This document shows, piece by piece, positions 44,749 to 54,286 of a stretch of DNA of 64,000 nt. This DNA comes from an uncultured delta proteobacterium (GTDB lineage: Bacteria; Myxococcota_A; Polyangia; Polyangiales; Polyangiaceae). Position 1 is the stretch's first letter, and every line of letters begins with the position of its first letter. Where the stretch lies: assembly GCA_963841435.1 (NCBI GenBank), contig CAWJCS010000005.1, positions 1,120,001-1,184,000 on the forward strand, in the 5' to 3' direction. The notes beneath the pieces were generated by a model that did not search any database, was not told where the DNA came from, and was given only the letters and a program-made list of their open reading frames with translations. The position numbers and the translations under genes were made by a program.

Positions 44749-46176
44749 TCAGCCGACGGGTCTCAGTAAGAGTGCGTGCTCCCGGCGAGGCGCGTCAGAA
44801 AAAGCGTCCTGGGTCGGCGCGTGAAAGTGGGGGCGCCGCTGCGAGGCCCCGGCAGCCAGGCTGAGGCCGCTCTCCACGCAAAGCTCGCGCACGATCTCGT
44901 CGGTCCGCACGGGCATGCCAGCCAGGACGGCGTCCGCCACCACGAGCACCGCCCCACCCTTTCGGGTGAGCACCCGACCCATCTCGTCCAGCGTCCGCCC
45001 GAGCTCGCTCCGGTAGCGCGCCAAGGCGGGACGGAACCCGACGTTGCGCGTGTGGCGCCGCGCCCCGATCTCGAGCAGTGAGAAGCGCTCGGCGTCGAAC
45101 CCCAACCAGCGCAGGCGGTCCCGGTGGTGGACGAGGTAGTCGTACACGCCCGGGTACGGAGGTGAGGTAACGATCAGGTCGACGCTGCGAGCCGCCACGG
45201 ACTCGAGACGGCGGGCGTCGGCGAGGAAGAACTCCGCGCGCGGCGCACGCGCCGGGAGCAGGGCCTCCGCTTGGTCGAGGCGGCGTGCCAAATCCTCGGC
45301 GCGCTGCACGAAGAAGCGCAACGTGAAGCCACCGCTCAGCCGCTTCGGCGCCTCGCGGCGGCCGGTGTCGCCGCCACGCACGCTCACCTTGGTGAGCACG
45401 GCGGAGAGCACGAGCATCAAGCTGCGTTCGAGCGCCTCGTGCGACAGGTGCCCGATCCCGGCGCGCAGCCCGTCGAGCTCGAGCAGCACGTGCGGCTCGA
45501 ATAGCGAGACGTCATCCTCGCCGTAGCGCCGCGTGGCCCCGGCTTTCGTCCGGCGCCGCTCGTCGGCGTGCGCGGCAACCTCGCGGGCTGCCGCGACCAG
45601 ACGACGCGACCACGACGCGCCCGGGCCGTTTGTCTTCAGGCTCGACAGCTCGAGAGCGAGCGGATTCACGTCCGAGCCGAGAGCGCGGTACCCCGCGAGC
45701 CGCGCCTCGACGAGCACCGTGCCGCTGCCGCAGAAGGGATCGAGCACGACGCCGCCGGGACGCGCGAGGCCGCGCACGAGCGCGCGGGCGGTGTCGGGGT
45801 GCAGGCGCGCGGGGTAGCTGTGAAAGCCGTGAACGTGCCGTTGCGTCGCGGTCTCGTCGGGTGTCACGGCGAGGGCGGCCTCGAGCACGCGGCGCTCCTC
45901 GGGCGTGCCCCCGTGAACCTCGCTGGGACCACCGACGTGCGAGAGCGCACGCCGCACGCGCGGTGTCGCACGGGGTGGTGCGGCAGCGGGCGTCGCCCTC
46001 GGTGCTGCGCGCGATGCCGTGCGCGCTTTTGGATCCGGCGTTGCGCGCGGTGTTGCGCGCTCTGCTGGACGCGGGGTGCCACGCGCAGTTGCCCGCGCTT
46101 CTATGCGCGCTTTTGCACCCGTGGTCGTGCGCGCCGCCGCACGCGGTGCGACGTTCTTGTGAGGTCGAGTCGGCAC
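44749..46176 (-). CDS. N4/N6 DNA methyltransferase-like protein with a basic low-complexity N-terminal tail
   Basis: HGFHSYPA, LDPFCGSGT (motif I), VTSPPY (motif IV). Confidence 0.8.
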   Translation of the reverse strand: MPTRPHKNVAPRAAARTTTGAKARIEARATARGTPRPAERATPRATPDPKARTASRAAPRATPAAAPPRATPRVRRALSHVGGPSEVHGGTPEERRVLEAALAVTPDETATQRHVHGFHSYPARLHPDTARALVRGLARPGGVVLDPFCGSGTVLVEARLAGYRALGSDVNPLALELSSLKTNGPGASWSRRLVAAAREVAAHADERRRTKAGATRRYGEDDVSLFEPHVLLELDGLRAGIGHLSHEALERSLMLVLSAVLTKVSVRGGDTGRREAPKRLSGGFTLRFFVQRAEDLARRLDQAEALLPARAPRAEFFLADARRLESVAARSVDLIVTSPPYPGVYDYLVHHRDRLRWLGFDAERFSLLEIGARRHTRNVGFRPALARYRSELGRTLDEMGRVLTRKGGAVLVVADAVLAGMPVRTDEIVRELCVESGLSLAAGASQRRPHFHAPTQDAFSDAPRREHALLLRPVG

Positions 46177-46183
46177 TCGGCGC

Positions 46184-47422
46184 TCAGCCCATACCCCGCA
46201 GCTCCGTCGCTGCTTTCACGCGCTGCACCCCCAGCGCGAACGCCGCCGTGCGCATCGAGCAGTGGTACTGGTCCATCACGCCCACGATGGCACGGTGAGC
46301 CGCGACCATGTGGTGCTCGAGCCCCTGATTCACGCGCTCCTCGCTCCAGCTGAGCTTCTGGGTGTTCTGGGTCCACTCGAAGTAGCTCACGGTGACGCCG
46401 CCCGCGTTGGCCCAGATGTCGGGGATGCACGTGATGCCGCGCTGCGAAAAAATCTGGTCGGCCTCGGCGGTCGTCGGGCCGTTCGCTGCCTCGAGCACCC
46501 ATTTGGCGCGCACGTCTCGGGCGTTGCCTTCGTGCAGTACGTGGCCGAGCGCGGCGGGGACGAGCACGTCGCACTCGAGCGTGAGAAGATCGGCGTTGTT
46601 GATCGCGTCGCTGCCGGGAAAATCGACGACGCTGCCCGTCTCGGCCTGGCGCTTGAGGAGCGCTGGGATGTCGAGGCCGTCACCCTTGAACACGCCACCC
46701 TTCACGTCGCTCACGGCAACCACGCGCGCGCCGTGCTCGTGAAGCAGCCGGGCGAGCCAGCTGCCGACGTTGCCGAAGCCCTGGATCGCGAAGCTCGCTC
46801 CCGCGAGCTTGCGGCCCGCGGCGCCGAGCACCTCGCGCGCGGCGAACAGGCAACCGCGCCCCGTGGCCGAATCGCGCCCCAACGAGCCGTGCAGCTCGAG
46901 CGGCTTGCCCGTGACGACGGCCGGCGAAAAACCGAGCATGCGACTGTACTCGTCGAAGAACCAGCCCATCACGCGCGAGTCGGTGTTCATGTCGGGAGCG
47001 GGAATATCGGTGTCCGGCCCGATCACGGCCGCGACCTGCTGGACGAAGCGCCGCGTCAGCCGCTCCCGCTCGCGTTGCGTCAAGAGCTTCGGATCGACCT
47101 GGATGCCACCTTTGGCGCCGCCGAAGGGCACGCCGACCACGGCCGTCTTCCAGGTCATGAGGCTCGCCAGCGAGCGCACCTCGTCGAGATCGACGTCTGG
47201 GTGGTAGCGAAGGCCGCCCTTGAAGGGTCCGCGCGAGTCGTCGTGCTGCACGCGGTAGCCGATGAAATGACCGATCGCTCCGTCGTCGAGCTCGATCACG
47301 AGCTCGACGCGCAGCTCGCGGCTCGGCGTGATGAGCAGCGTGCGAAAGCGTTCCGGCATGTCGAGCAAGTCGAATGCCTGGTCGAGGTAATGGTTCGTGG
47401 TCAAATAGGCGTTCGAGCTCAT
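46184..47422 (-). CDS. gdhA: Glu/Leu/Phe/Val dehydrogenase (glutamate dehydrogenase-like)
   Basis: RGPFKGGLRY, MTWK, GGAKGG, DIPAPD, QGFGNVG, NAGGVTVSYFEW. Confidence 0.93.
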   Translation of the reverse strand: MSSNAYLTTNHYLDQAFDLLDMPERFRTLLITPSRELRVELVIELDDGAIGHFIGYRVQHDDSRGPFKGGLRYHPDVDLDEVRSLASLMTWKTAVVGVPFGGAKGGIQVDPKLLTQRERERLTRRFVQQVAAVIGPDTDIPAPDMNTDSRVMGWFFDEYSRMLGFSPAVVTGKPLELHGSLGRDSATGRGCLFAAREVLGAAGRKLAGASFAIQGFGNVGSWLARLLHEHGARVVAVSDVKGGVFKGDGLDIPALLKRQAETGSVVDFPGSDAINNADLLTLECDVLVPAALGHVLHEGNARDVRAKWVLEAANGPTTAEADQIFSQRGITCIPDIWANAGGVTVSYFEWTQNTQKLSWSEERVNQGLEHHMVAAHRAIVGVMDQYHCSMRTAAFALGVQRVKAATELRGMG

Positions 47423-48642
47423 CCTTGCCTCACGGTTTCGAGGATCTCCTCGTCCGACAGCACGTGATCGGCCGCCCGGGCGCGATCCAACACGGCGCGG
47501 ACGACCGCGTCGCTCTCCGGGATACCACGCTCTCGGAGCCAGCTCACGACGTTGGCGCGTCCGGACATCGCGCCGACGCGGATCTCCTGCCGCCGGCCGA
47601 GCGCGGCCGCAGGGACCCCCGCGTAAACACCGTCGGCGAATGCCACACCGTGGCGGCGTGCCTTCACGATGGCGGCAGCGTGAACGCCCGTGGCGGTCCT
47701 GAAGGCGTTGGCGCCGAGCATGGGGTGGTTCGCGGGTAGCTGCCAGCCGAGGATCTCGGCGCTGCGCCTCGCGTAGGCCGCCACGGGCTCGAGCGCGAGG
47801 GGCAGGCGCCCCTGGAGCAGAAGATTCAGGATCAAGAGCTCGAGCGGCACGTTGCCCACGCGCTCGCCCACGCCAAGCACGGTGGCGTGCACGCGGTCAA
47901 CGCCGGCGTCGAGCGCGGCGAGGGCGTTCGCGAGCGCCAGTCCGCGATCGTTGTGGCCGTGCCAGTCGAGCCGCGCGTCACCGTGCTCGGAGACGAAGGA
48001 GCGCGCGAAAGCGACGAGCGCGCGCGTCCCTGCGGGCGTCGCGTGACCCACGGTGTCGCAAAGGCAGATCCGACTCGCGCCGGCGTCGAGCGCCGCGGCG
48101 AACAAGCGACGCAGCGTCTCGGGATGGGAGCGCGTCGTGTCCTCGGAGACGAAGGCGGCCGCGAGCCCTCCCTCGCGCAGCACCTCGAGCGCCTCGGTCG
48201 TGCGGCGCAGGCACAGCTCGAGGTCCCATCCCTCGACGTGCGCGCGGAGAGCGCTCGTGCCCACGAAGGCGTGCGCTTCGATGGCGACACCGCTCGTCTG
48301 CGATAGCTCGACGATGGCCCGCATGTCCCGCGGCAGCGTGCGACCCGCGCACACGACCGAAAGCGGCAAGCGCTCGCGCGCGATTTCGCGGCATGCCGAG
48401 AGACACCCCTCGAAGGCCCCGGCCGAGCTCCCGGGCATCCCGAGATTCACGCTCTCGACGCCCGCCCCCGCCATCAGGTGCAAGAGCTCGAGCTTCTCGG
48501 GGGTGGTCGGCTGGCGCACGGCGGCGTTCTGCAGACCATCGCGCAGCGTGTCATCGAGCAAGGCGACGCCGGCCGGCCGCGACTTGCCGCCCTCCGGAGC
48601 GTTCCAGTCGTGGATCAACGCCGCGATGTCGGGAGCGGGCAC
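47419..48642 (-). CDS. LeuA-family (DRE-TIM) Claisen-condensing synthase lacking the C-terminal regulatory domain
   Basis: DTLRDGLQ, EDTTR, CDTVG, HGHNDRGLA, GERVGN; 407 aa. Confidence 0.85.
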   Translation of the reverse strand: MPAPDIAALIHDWNAPEGGKSRPAGVALLDDTLRDGLQNAAVRQPTTPEKLELLHLMAGAGVESVNLGMPGSSAGAFEGCLSACREIARERLPLSVVCAGRTLPRDMRAIVELSQTSGVAIEAHAFVGTSALRAHVEGWDLELCLRRTTEALEVLREGGLAAAFVSEDTTRSHPETLRRLFAAALDAGASRICLCDTVGHATPAGTRALVAFARSFVSEHGDARLDWHGHNDRGLALANALAALDAGVDRVHATVLGVGERVGNVPLELLILNLLLQGRLPLALEPVAAYARRSAEILGWQLPANHPMLGANAFRTATGVHAAAIVKARRHGVAFADGVYAGVPAAALGRRQEIRVGAMSGRANVVSWLRERGIPESDAVVRAVLDRARAADHVLSDEEILETVRQG

Positions 48643-48670
48643 CAGGAGTCGATGCTAACACACCACCGCC

Positions 48671-50209
48671 GTGAAGCTTTCCGACAGAACTCGACGCGCG
48701 ATCCAGATGCGCCTCGCCGACGAGGTCGGGCGCCTGGACAAGGACGCGTCGTTTCGCGTCGCGCTCACCTATCCGTCGCCCTACCGCGTCGCGATGAGCT
48801 CGCTCGGGTACCAGGCGGTCTACCGGGCGCTGCAGGGCCTGCGCGGTGTGGCGTGCGAACGCGTGTTCTTGCCGGACGGCGCCGAGAAGCCCGGCGCGCC
48901 GTGCGAGCGCCCCGTGAGCTACGAAGGGCTGCGCGAGCTCGCGGAGTTTCCGCTGATCGCCGTGAGCGTCGCCTACGAAATCGAGCTCGCAGGGCTCGTC
49001 AAGCTGTTCGACGCCTCGGGCATCCCGGCGCTCGCGGCCGAGCGCGACGAGCGCGCGCCGTTCGTGCTCGCGGGTGGGCCGCTCACGTTCTCGAATCCCC
49101 TGCCGCTCGCACCGTTCGTCGACGCCATCTTGATCGGCGAGGGCGAAGGGCTCGTCGAGCGCTGCGTCGAGATCCTTTCGCAAGCCGGGTCGCGCCGCGA
49201 GGCGCTCGAAGCATTGTCGACCATCGAGCACGTGTTCGTCCCCAGCGTGCACGGCGACCAGTTGCCGCCCGTCGCGGCCTGCGACGACGCGCTCTTGCCC
49301 GCGACGAGCGTGATCCTGACGCCGCACACCGAGCTTTCGGGCATGTTCCTCATCGAGGCCGAGCGTGGCTGCTCGCGCGGTTGCACCTACTGCGTCATGC
49401 GCCGCTCGACGAACGGCGGGATGCGCGTCGTTCCCAAGGAAATCGTGCTCGATCGCATCCCCGCGGACGCACGCCGCGTGGGGCTCGTCGGGGCCGCCGT
49501 GAGCGACCACCCGCGCATCGTCGAGATCGTGCGCGCGCTCGCCGAGCGCGGCTCGGAGGTCGGCCTCTCGAGCCTCCGACCCGATCGCCTGAAGGACGAG
49601 CTCGTCGAGGCGCTCAAGCTCGCGGGCTACCGCACGCTGACGACGGCGCTCGACGGTCCGAGCGAGCGCCTGCGGGGGCTCATCGAACGGCGCGGCCGCG
49701 AGCCGCACTACGTTGCCGCCGCCGAGCGCGCGCGTAAATACGGCATGATCTGTCTCAAGCTCTATCTGATGGTGGGGCTCCCGGGGGAGACCGACGACGA
49801 CATCGACGAGTGTGTGCGCTTCGTGAGCCACCTCTCGCACATCGTTCCCGTGGCACTCGGCGTGGCGCCATTCTGCTCGAAGAGGAAGACGCCGCTGGAC
49901 GGCATGCCCTTCGCCGGCGTGCGGACGGTCGAAGGTCGCCTCGACCGGCTGCGGCGCGGCCTCCAGGGGCGCGCGGAGGTACGGCCGACGAGCGCCCGCT
50001 GGGCGTGGGTGGAGTGGGTGCTCGCCCAGGGTGGCATCGCCGAGGGGCGCGCCGTCGTCGGGGCCGTCCGCGCTGGCGGGCGCTATGCGGACTACGTGCG
50101 GGCGTTCGCGGCGCTCGGGCACGAGCCCGACGGCCGGGGGTACGCCAACGTTCAGATGCCGGTCGCTCCGGAGCGGGTCAGCCGGCGCGTCCTGCCCGTC
50201 GCGGGCTGA
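48671..50209 (+). CDS. Radical SAM protein (YgiQ/TIGR03960-like)
   Basis: YRVAMSSLGYQ, GGP...NP, RGCSRGCTYC, KLYLMVGLPGET. Confidence 0.9.
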   Translation: MKLSDRTRRAIQMRLADEVGRLDKDASFRVALTYPSPYRVAMSSLGYQAVYRALQGLRGVACERVFLPDGAEKPGAPCERPVSYEGLRELAEFPLIAVSVAYEIELAGLVKLFDASGIPALAAERDERAPFVLAGGPLTFSNPLPLAPFVDAILIGEGEGLVERCVEILSQAGSRREALEALSTIEHVFVPSVHGDQLPPVAACDDALLPATSVILTPHTELSGMFLIEAERGCSRGCTYCVMRRSTNGGMRVVPKEIVLDRIPADARRVGLVGAAVSDHPRIVEIVRALAERGSEVGLSSLRPDRLKDELVEALKLAGYRTLTTALDGPSERLRGLIERRGREPHYVAAAERARKYGMICLKLYLMVGLPGETDDDIDECVRFVSHLSHIVPVALGVAPFCSKRKTPLDGMPFAGVRTVEGRLDRLRRGLQGRAEVRPTSARWAWVEWVLAQGGIAEGRAVVGAVRAGGRYADYVRAFAALGHEPDGRGYANVQMPVAPERVSRRVLPVAG

Positions 50210-50406
50210 CGGGCCAGGCCAGCCGGGCCGCCATCGACCCGGCCCGAGCTGCGCCAGCTCGTGCCCGACTGCCAGCCCCTCGGGCGAGCGCGCGCCCGCC
50301 GTGACCTCGAGCCTGCACCGCACCGGCCCCCACCCCGCCAGGTCCGCCTGAGCACGCGAGCCGCCTCTTCGCCGTCTCTTCGGATGTCGTTCCGAGGCGC
50401 GGCCGC

Positions 50407-51459
50407 TCAGCGCTCGGCACCGCGACGCTCGAGCGCGGAGATCAGCGAGTCGAACGCGTCGCGCATCGCCCACGCCTGTGCGTCCGGATCCGAGAGGCGC
50501 GACGCCCGCGCGCGTCCCTGCGAGAGAGTACGCCGCGGGCCCGCGCAGGCACGCGGCAACCGATGCTCGATGTCGGACGCCGCGCCCTCGTAGATCTGGT
50601 AGCAGGCGCGGTGATTGCCGTCGTTGTAAAGTGGCGCACCCACGGAGATGGCTTCGGCGATGCCGTGAGCGAGCAGCTTGAGCGCGTCGTCGTCACAGCC
50701 CGAAAACACGCCCACGGCGAGCTTCGGTACGTCGCGCTTCTGGGGCGCGAGCCGTCGCCTGAGCTCGGCCATCGAGCTCGCGAAGCGTTCGAACGGAAGC
50801 GGATCCGGACGGGCGACGAGCTCGCGCACGTAGCTCGCGGGGAGCCCGAGATTGAGGTTCTGACCACCCGACAGGATGGCCGTCGCGACGCCGATCACCT
50901 CTCCCTGCTCGTTGAAGAGCGGCCCACCCGACGAACCGGGCGCAATCGGCGCCGAGACCTGCAGCACCACGAGGCCGTCGACCTTGCGCACGGCGCTGAG
51001 TAGCCCATTGGACACCGTGTCCTCGAGGCCGAGGGGGTGACCGATTGCGACGATCGGATCTCCCGGGTGCACGGCGTCGCTGTCTCCCAGCGTGAGCACC
51101 GGCAGCTTCTTCGCCTCGATGCGCAACACGACGAGGTCGTGCGGGGCACTCACGCTCACGACCTCGACGACCGGGTGCACGGTCTTGTCCGGCAGGGCGA
51201 CCGTGGCGCGCTCGGCGCCGGCGACGACGTGCAGGTTGGTGACGATCCAGCCGTCCTCGCGCACGACGAAGCCCGTTCCGAAGCCGTCCGGCGTGCGCAC
51301 GGAGACGATCGACGGCATGGCGCGCACCGCGATCTCAGCCGGCGTCAGCTTGGCGGGCGCGGCCGACGCCGAAGCGACGGTTTTAGACCCCTTTTGCGCG
51401 CCACCGCAGGCGACCAGAGTCGCGGCCGCGACGAGGCAGGCAACGACCCCGGAGCGCAC
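50407..51459 (-). CDS. Trypsin-like (HtrA-type) serine protease lipoprotein with an extra helical C-terminal domain
   Basis: Lipobox LVAC, GTGF, TNLHV, HDL, PGSSGGP; no PDZ domain. Confidence 0.88.
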   Translation of the reverse strand: MRSGVVACLVAAATLVACGGAQKGSKTVASASAAPAKLTPAEIAVRAMPSIVSVRTPDGFGTGFVVREDGWIVTNLHVVAGAERATVALPDKTVHPVVEVVSVSAPHDLVVLRIEAKKLPVLTLGDSDAVHPGDPIVAIGHPLGLEDTVSNGLLSAVRKVDGLVVLQVSAPIAPGSSGGPLFNEQGEVIGVATAILSGGQNLNLGLPASYVRELVARPDPLPFERFASSMAELRRRLAPQKRDVPKLAVGVFSGCDDDALKLLAHGIAEAISVGAPLYNDGNHRACYQIYEGAASDIEHRLPRACAGPRRTLSQGRARASRLSDPDAQAWAMRDAFDSLISALERRGAER

Positions 51460-51487
51460 AAACTACATTCTAGCACGCCGTCGAGGG

Positions 51488-52303
51488 TCAGGCGGGGCGC
51501 AGCCGGACGAGTGTTTCGGGACGTGCCAGCGCAGCGTCCGTTTCGTCGCTCGCGCCGAGCGCGCCGGGAAGGGACCGGTCGAGCAGGTGCGTCGGCCGCA
51601 CGTTGCCCAGGGCGGCGAACAAGCTACGCCGCAGATCGGGGTGTTCGCGCTCGAGATCGGCGAGCAACGCCTTGACGCGCTTTCGCTGGAGGTTTTCCTG
51701 GGAGCCGCACAGATCGCACGGGATGATGGGAAAGCCTTTCTCCCTCGCGAGCGCGGCGATGTCCGCTTCGGCGCTCGTGATGAGCGGGCGGATCACGACG
51801 TTTCGGCCGTCGTCCGAGTGCAGCCTGGGCGGCATCGCTTTGATCTGCCCAGAGAAGAACAGATTGAGCAGCAGCGTTTCGATGGCGTCGTCGCGGTGGT
51901 GGCCGAGCGCGATCTTCGTCGCCCCGAGCTCACTCGCCACCGTGTAGAGGATGCCGCGGCGGAGGCGCGAGCAGAGCGAGCACGTGGTCTTGCCGGGCGG
52001 CGTCTTCTCCTTCACCACCGAGTAGGTGTCTTCCTCGATGACGCGGTGCTCGAAGCCCCGTGCCGTGAAGTATTCCGGCAAGACGTGCTTGGGAAAACCA
52101 GGGTGCCCCTGGTCGATGTTGACGGCGACGAGCGAAAAATCGAAGGGGGCGCGACGCCGGAGCTCGTGGAGCAGGTAGAGCAGCGCGTGCGAGTCCTTGC
52201 CGCCGCTGACGGCGACGAGCACGCGATCGCCCGGCTCGAGCAACGAGAAGTCCGCGCTCGCTCGCCCGACCTGGGCGAGCAGCCTGTGCTCGAGCCTCTG
52301 CAT
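51488..52303 (-). CDS. ttcA: tRNA 2-thiocytidine(32) synthetase
   Basis: PP-loop [29 protein letters not shown]. Confidence 0.95.
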   Translation of the reverse strand: MQRLEHRLLAQVGRASADFSLLEPGDRVLVAVSGGKDSHALLYLLHELRRRAPFDFSLVAVNIDQGHPGFPKHVLPEYFTARGFEHRVIEEDTYSVVKEKTPPGKTTCSLCSRLRRGILYTVASELGATKIALGHHRDDAIETLLLNLFFSGQIKAMPPRLHSDDGRNVVIRPLITSAEADIAALAREKGFPIIPCDLCGSQENLQRKRVKALLADLEREHPDLRRSLFAALGNVRPTHLLDRSLPGALGASDETDAALARPETLVRLRPA

Positions 52304-52378
52304 GGGCGTCCGGCGTTTTGCCCCGAAAGCCGCCCCCGGGCAAGCCGGCTCCCGCGAAGCTGTGCTACCCCTGCCGTC

Positions 52379-53041
52379 GTGAGCTTCTCGCAGATCGCGC
52401 AGGTCGTGTTGATCGTGCTCGCCGCCGCCGGCGTCTACGGCTTCGTCATGACGGCGCGGGACGGCGAGACGCGCCGGGCCTGTACCGCGCTCTGCGGGCT
52501 CCGGCCCGACTACGCCGGGCGCAACCGCACGGCGCCGGACTTCGAGCTTCCCTCGATCGACGGCAAGAAGATCCGCCTCGCGAGCTATCGCGGAAAGACG
52601 GTCATCCTGCACTTCTGGACCAAAACCTGCCGGCCTTGCCTCGAGGAGCTGCCCGACATCGCGAGCCTCGCGAAGGTGCTGGTGCCGCACCCGGACGTCG
52701 TGCTCCTCACGGTCACGACCGACGAGACCGCGGAGGACGCGCGCGCGACGCTTGAGTCGGTCGTCGGCGAAGCGGCGCCCTTTCCCGTGATGGTCGACCC
52801 GGACGGCGACGCAGTCGTGCTCGCAAAGTACGGCACCAAGCTGTTCCCCGAAACCTGGTTCATCGACCCCGAGGGCGTGATTCGCGCGCGCTTCGACGGC
52901 CCACGCGACTGGACGAGCGCGCTCACGCTCGATTTCGCCCGCGCTCTCCGAGCGCCCATCCCGTGCGAGGTCACGTACGCGGCGGGGCGCCCGTCGGGAC
53001 CCTTCGCCGAGCTCTGCGCCGACGTCGCGCCGGGCAGCTAG
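52379..53041 (+). CDS. TlpA/ResA-like membrane-anchored thiol-disulfide oxidoreductase
   Basis: [26 protein letters not shown]. Confidence 0.85.
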   Translation: MSFSQIAQVVLIVLAAAGVYGFVMTARDGETRRACTALCGLRPDYAGRNRTAPDFELPSIDGKKIRLASYRGKTVILHFWTKTCRPCLEELPDIASLAKVLVPHPDVVLLTVTTDETAEDARATLESVVGEAAPFPVMVDPDGDAVVLAKYGTKLFPETWFIDPEGVIRARFDGPRDWTSALTLDFARALRAPIPCEVTYAAGRPSGPFAELCADVAPGS

Positions 53042-53143
53042 CCGTCGGCGGCGAACCCCCAAAGCCCCGCCCGCGCACCCCGTAACGGTGGGCAAAACGC
53101 CGGAGCGATGGCGACCCGGGGGGCGACGGAGTAGTCACGCGCC

Positions 53144-53515
53144 ATGGAAAGCTGCCTGATGTGCGGAGGGGACGGTCGCGTCGGCAATGCGTTCGGCGGA
53201 AGCAGCACGACCTGCCCAGGCTGCCACGGCACGGGGCGCCGCGCGGATACGCAGGCCCTCATGCGCGACGTCACGAAGACCAAGCCGTCGCATTACCGCA
53301 CGGTTGACAAGAAGGAAGCCCAGGCGAAGCCAACCTACCCCACGACCTTCGATGGCGTGCAACTCGCGAACGAGGTCAAGGCGTCAGCGAGCGTGACGGA
53401 AGAGACCAAGGCGCGCTTGATTCGCGAGATCATCGAGTACGAAGGCAGCCACGGCAAGTGCACCCAGACCTTCACGAAAAAGATCCGAAAGCAGGTCCGG
53501 CCGCGCGTCGGCTGA
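53144..53515 (+). CDS. Small protein with a DnaJ-type Zn finger (2x CxxCxGxG)
   Basis: CLMCGGDG and CPGCHGTG; good RBS (GGAG); no J domain. Confidence 0.75.
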   Translation: MESCLMCGGDGRVGNAFGGSSTTCPGCHGTGRRADTQALMRDVTKTKPSHYRTVDKKEAQAKPTYPTTFDGVQLANEVKASASVTEETKARLIREIIEYEGSHGKCTQTFTKKIRKQVRPRVG

Positions 53516-53527
53516 AGCCCGGCACCT

Positions 53528-53700
53528 CTAGTCGCTGACGGCGTCGAGGTACACGACGGCGGGCATCGCGCTCGTCGTTTCGCCGAAAACGCGCAGCTCG
53601 ACGCCGATCTGACGCACGGCACTCGGGTCGAGGGCGCCGGGCACGAGCACGGGCGCGTCGCACACGAGCGTCACGTCGAGCCAACCGACCGTCACGCGTC
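53528..53700 (-). pseudogene. Possible remnant of a carbohydrate-binding beta-sandwich C-terminus
   Basis: GWLDVTL...LDPSAVRQIGVEL...VYLDAV resembles CBM11-like ends; no room for an N-terminus before queD. Confidence 0.35.
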
Positions 53701-53774
53701 TTACCCCGTGACGCTGCGTCCCGAGTGACCCCGCCACGGAATCGGCCGAGGACGCGGTCAGCTCGGTCGCTGCT

Positions 53775-54137
53775 TCAGTCGCCTTCGTACTCGCAGCGGG
53801 CGTCGCACGTTTCGTGCACGATGACACGCTCGAGCTCGGGGAGGCCGGGCTTGAGCTTCTGCCAGAGCCAGCGACCGAGGTGCTCGCTCGTCGGATTTTC
53901 GAGCCCCGGAATTTCGTTCAAGTAGTTGTGATCCAAAAGGTCGTAGAGAGGGCGCCACAGCAGGTCGATCTCGCCGTAGTCGATGAACCAGCCGGTGGCT
54001 TCGTTCACGGGGCCTCGCACGGCGAGCTCGATCTTGAAGCTATGGCCGTGCAGCCGCGCGCACTTGTGCCCGGTGGGCACGTGGGGCAGCCGGTGCGCGG
54101 CCTCGAAGCGGAGCTCCTTGATCAGGCGGACGTTCAT
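53775..54137 (-). CDS. queD: 6-carboxy-5,6,7,8-tetrahydropterin synthase
   Basis: FEAAHRLP, CARLHGHS, LDH.YLN, ENPTSE, ET. Confidence 0.95.
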   Translation of the reverse strand: MNVRLIKELRFEAAHRLPHVPTGHKCARLHGHSFKIELAVRGPVNEATGWFIDYGEIDLLWRPLYDLLDHNYLNEIPGLENPTSEHLGRWLWQKLKPGLPELERVIVHETCDARCEYEGD

Positions 54138-54286
54138 GGGGCGGACCGTAGCAGGCGGGCTCGACCTCGACGAACAGGGAGGGAGGGAGGTCTTGCGGGA
54201 GGCGACCGGCGTGCGAAAACGGCAGAGGGCCGGGGCGGAACCGTTCCACGACGCGCCGTTCCGCGACCTGGGTGTAGCGTTCCGAC

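Noticed and set aside
53775..54137. queD as part of a dpd 7-deazaguanine DNA-modification island
   Set aside because: No dpdA/tgt, queC, queE or folE in the window; a lone queD is ordinary queuosine metabolism.
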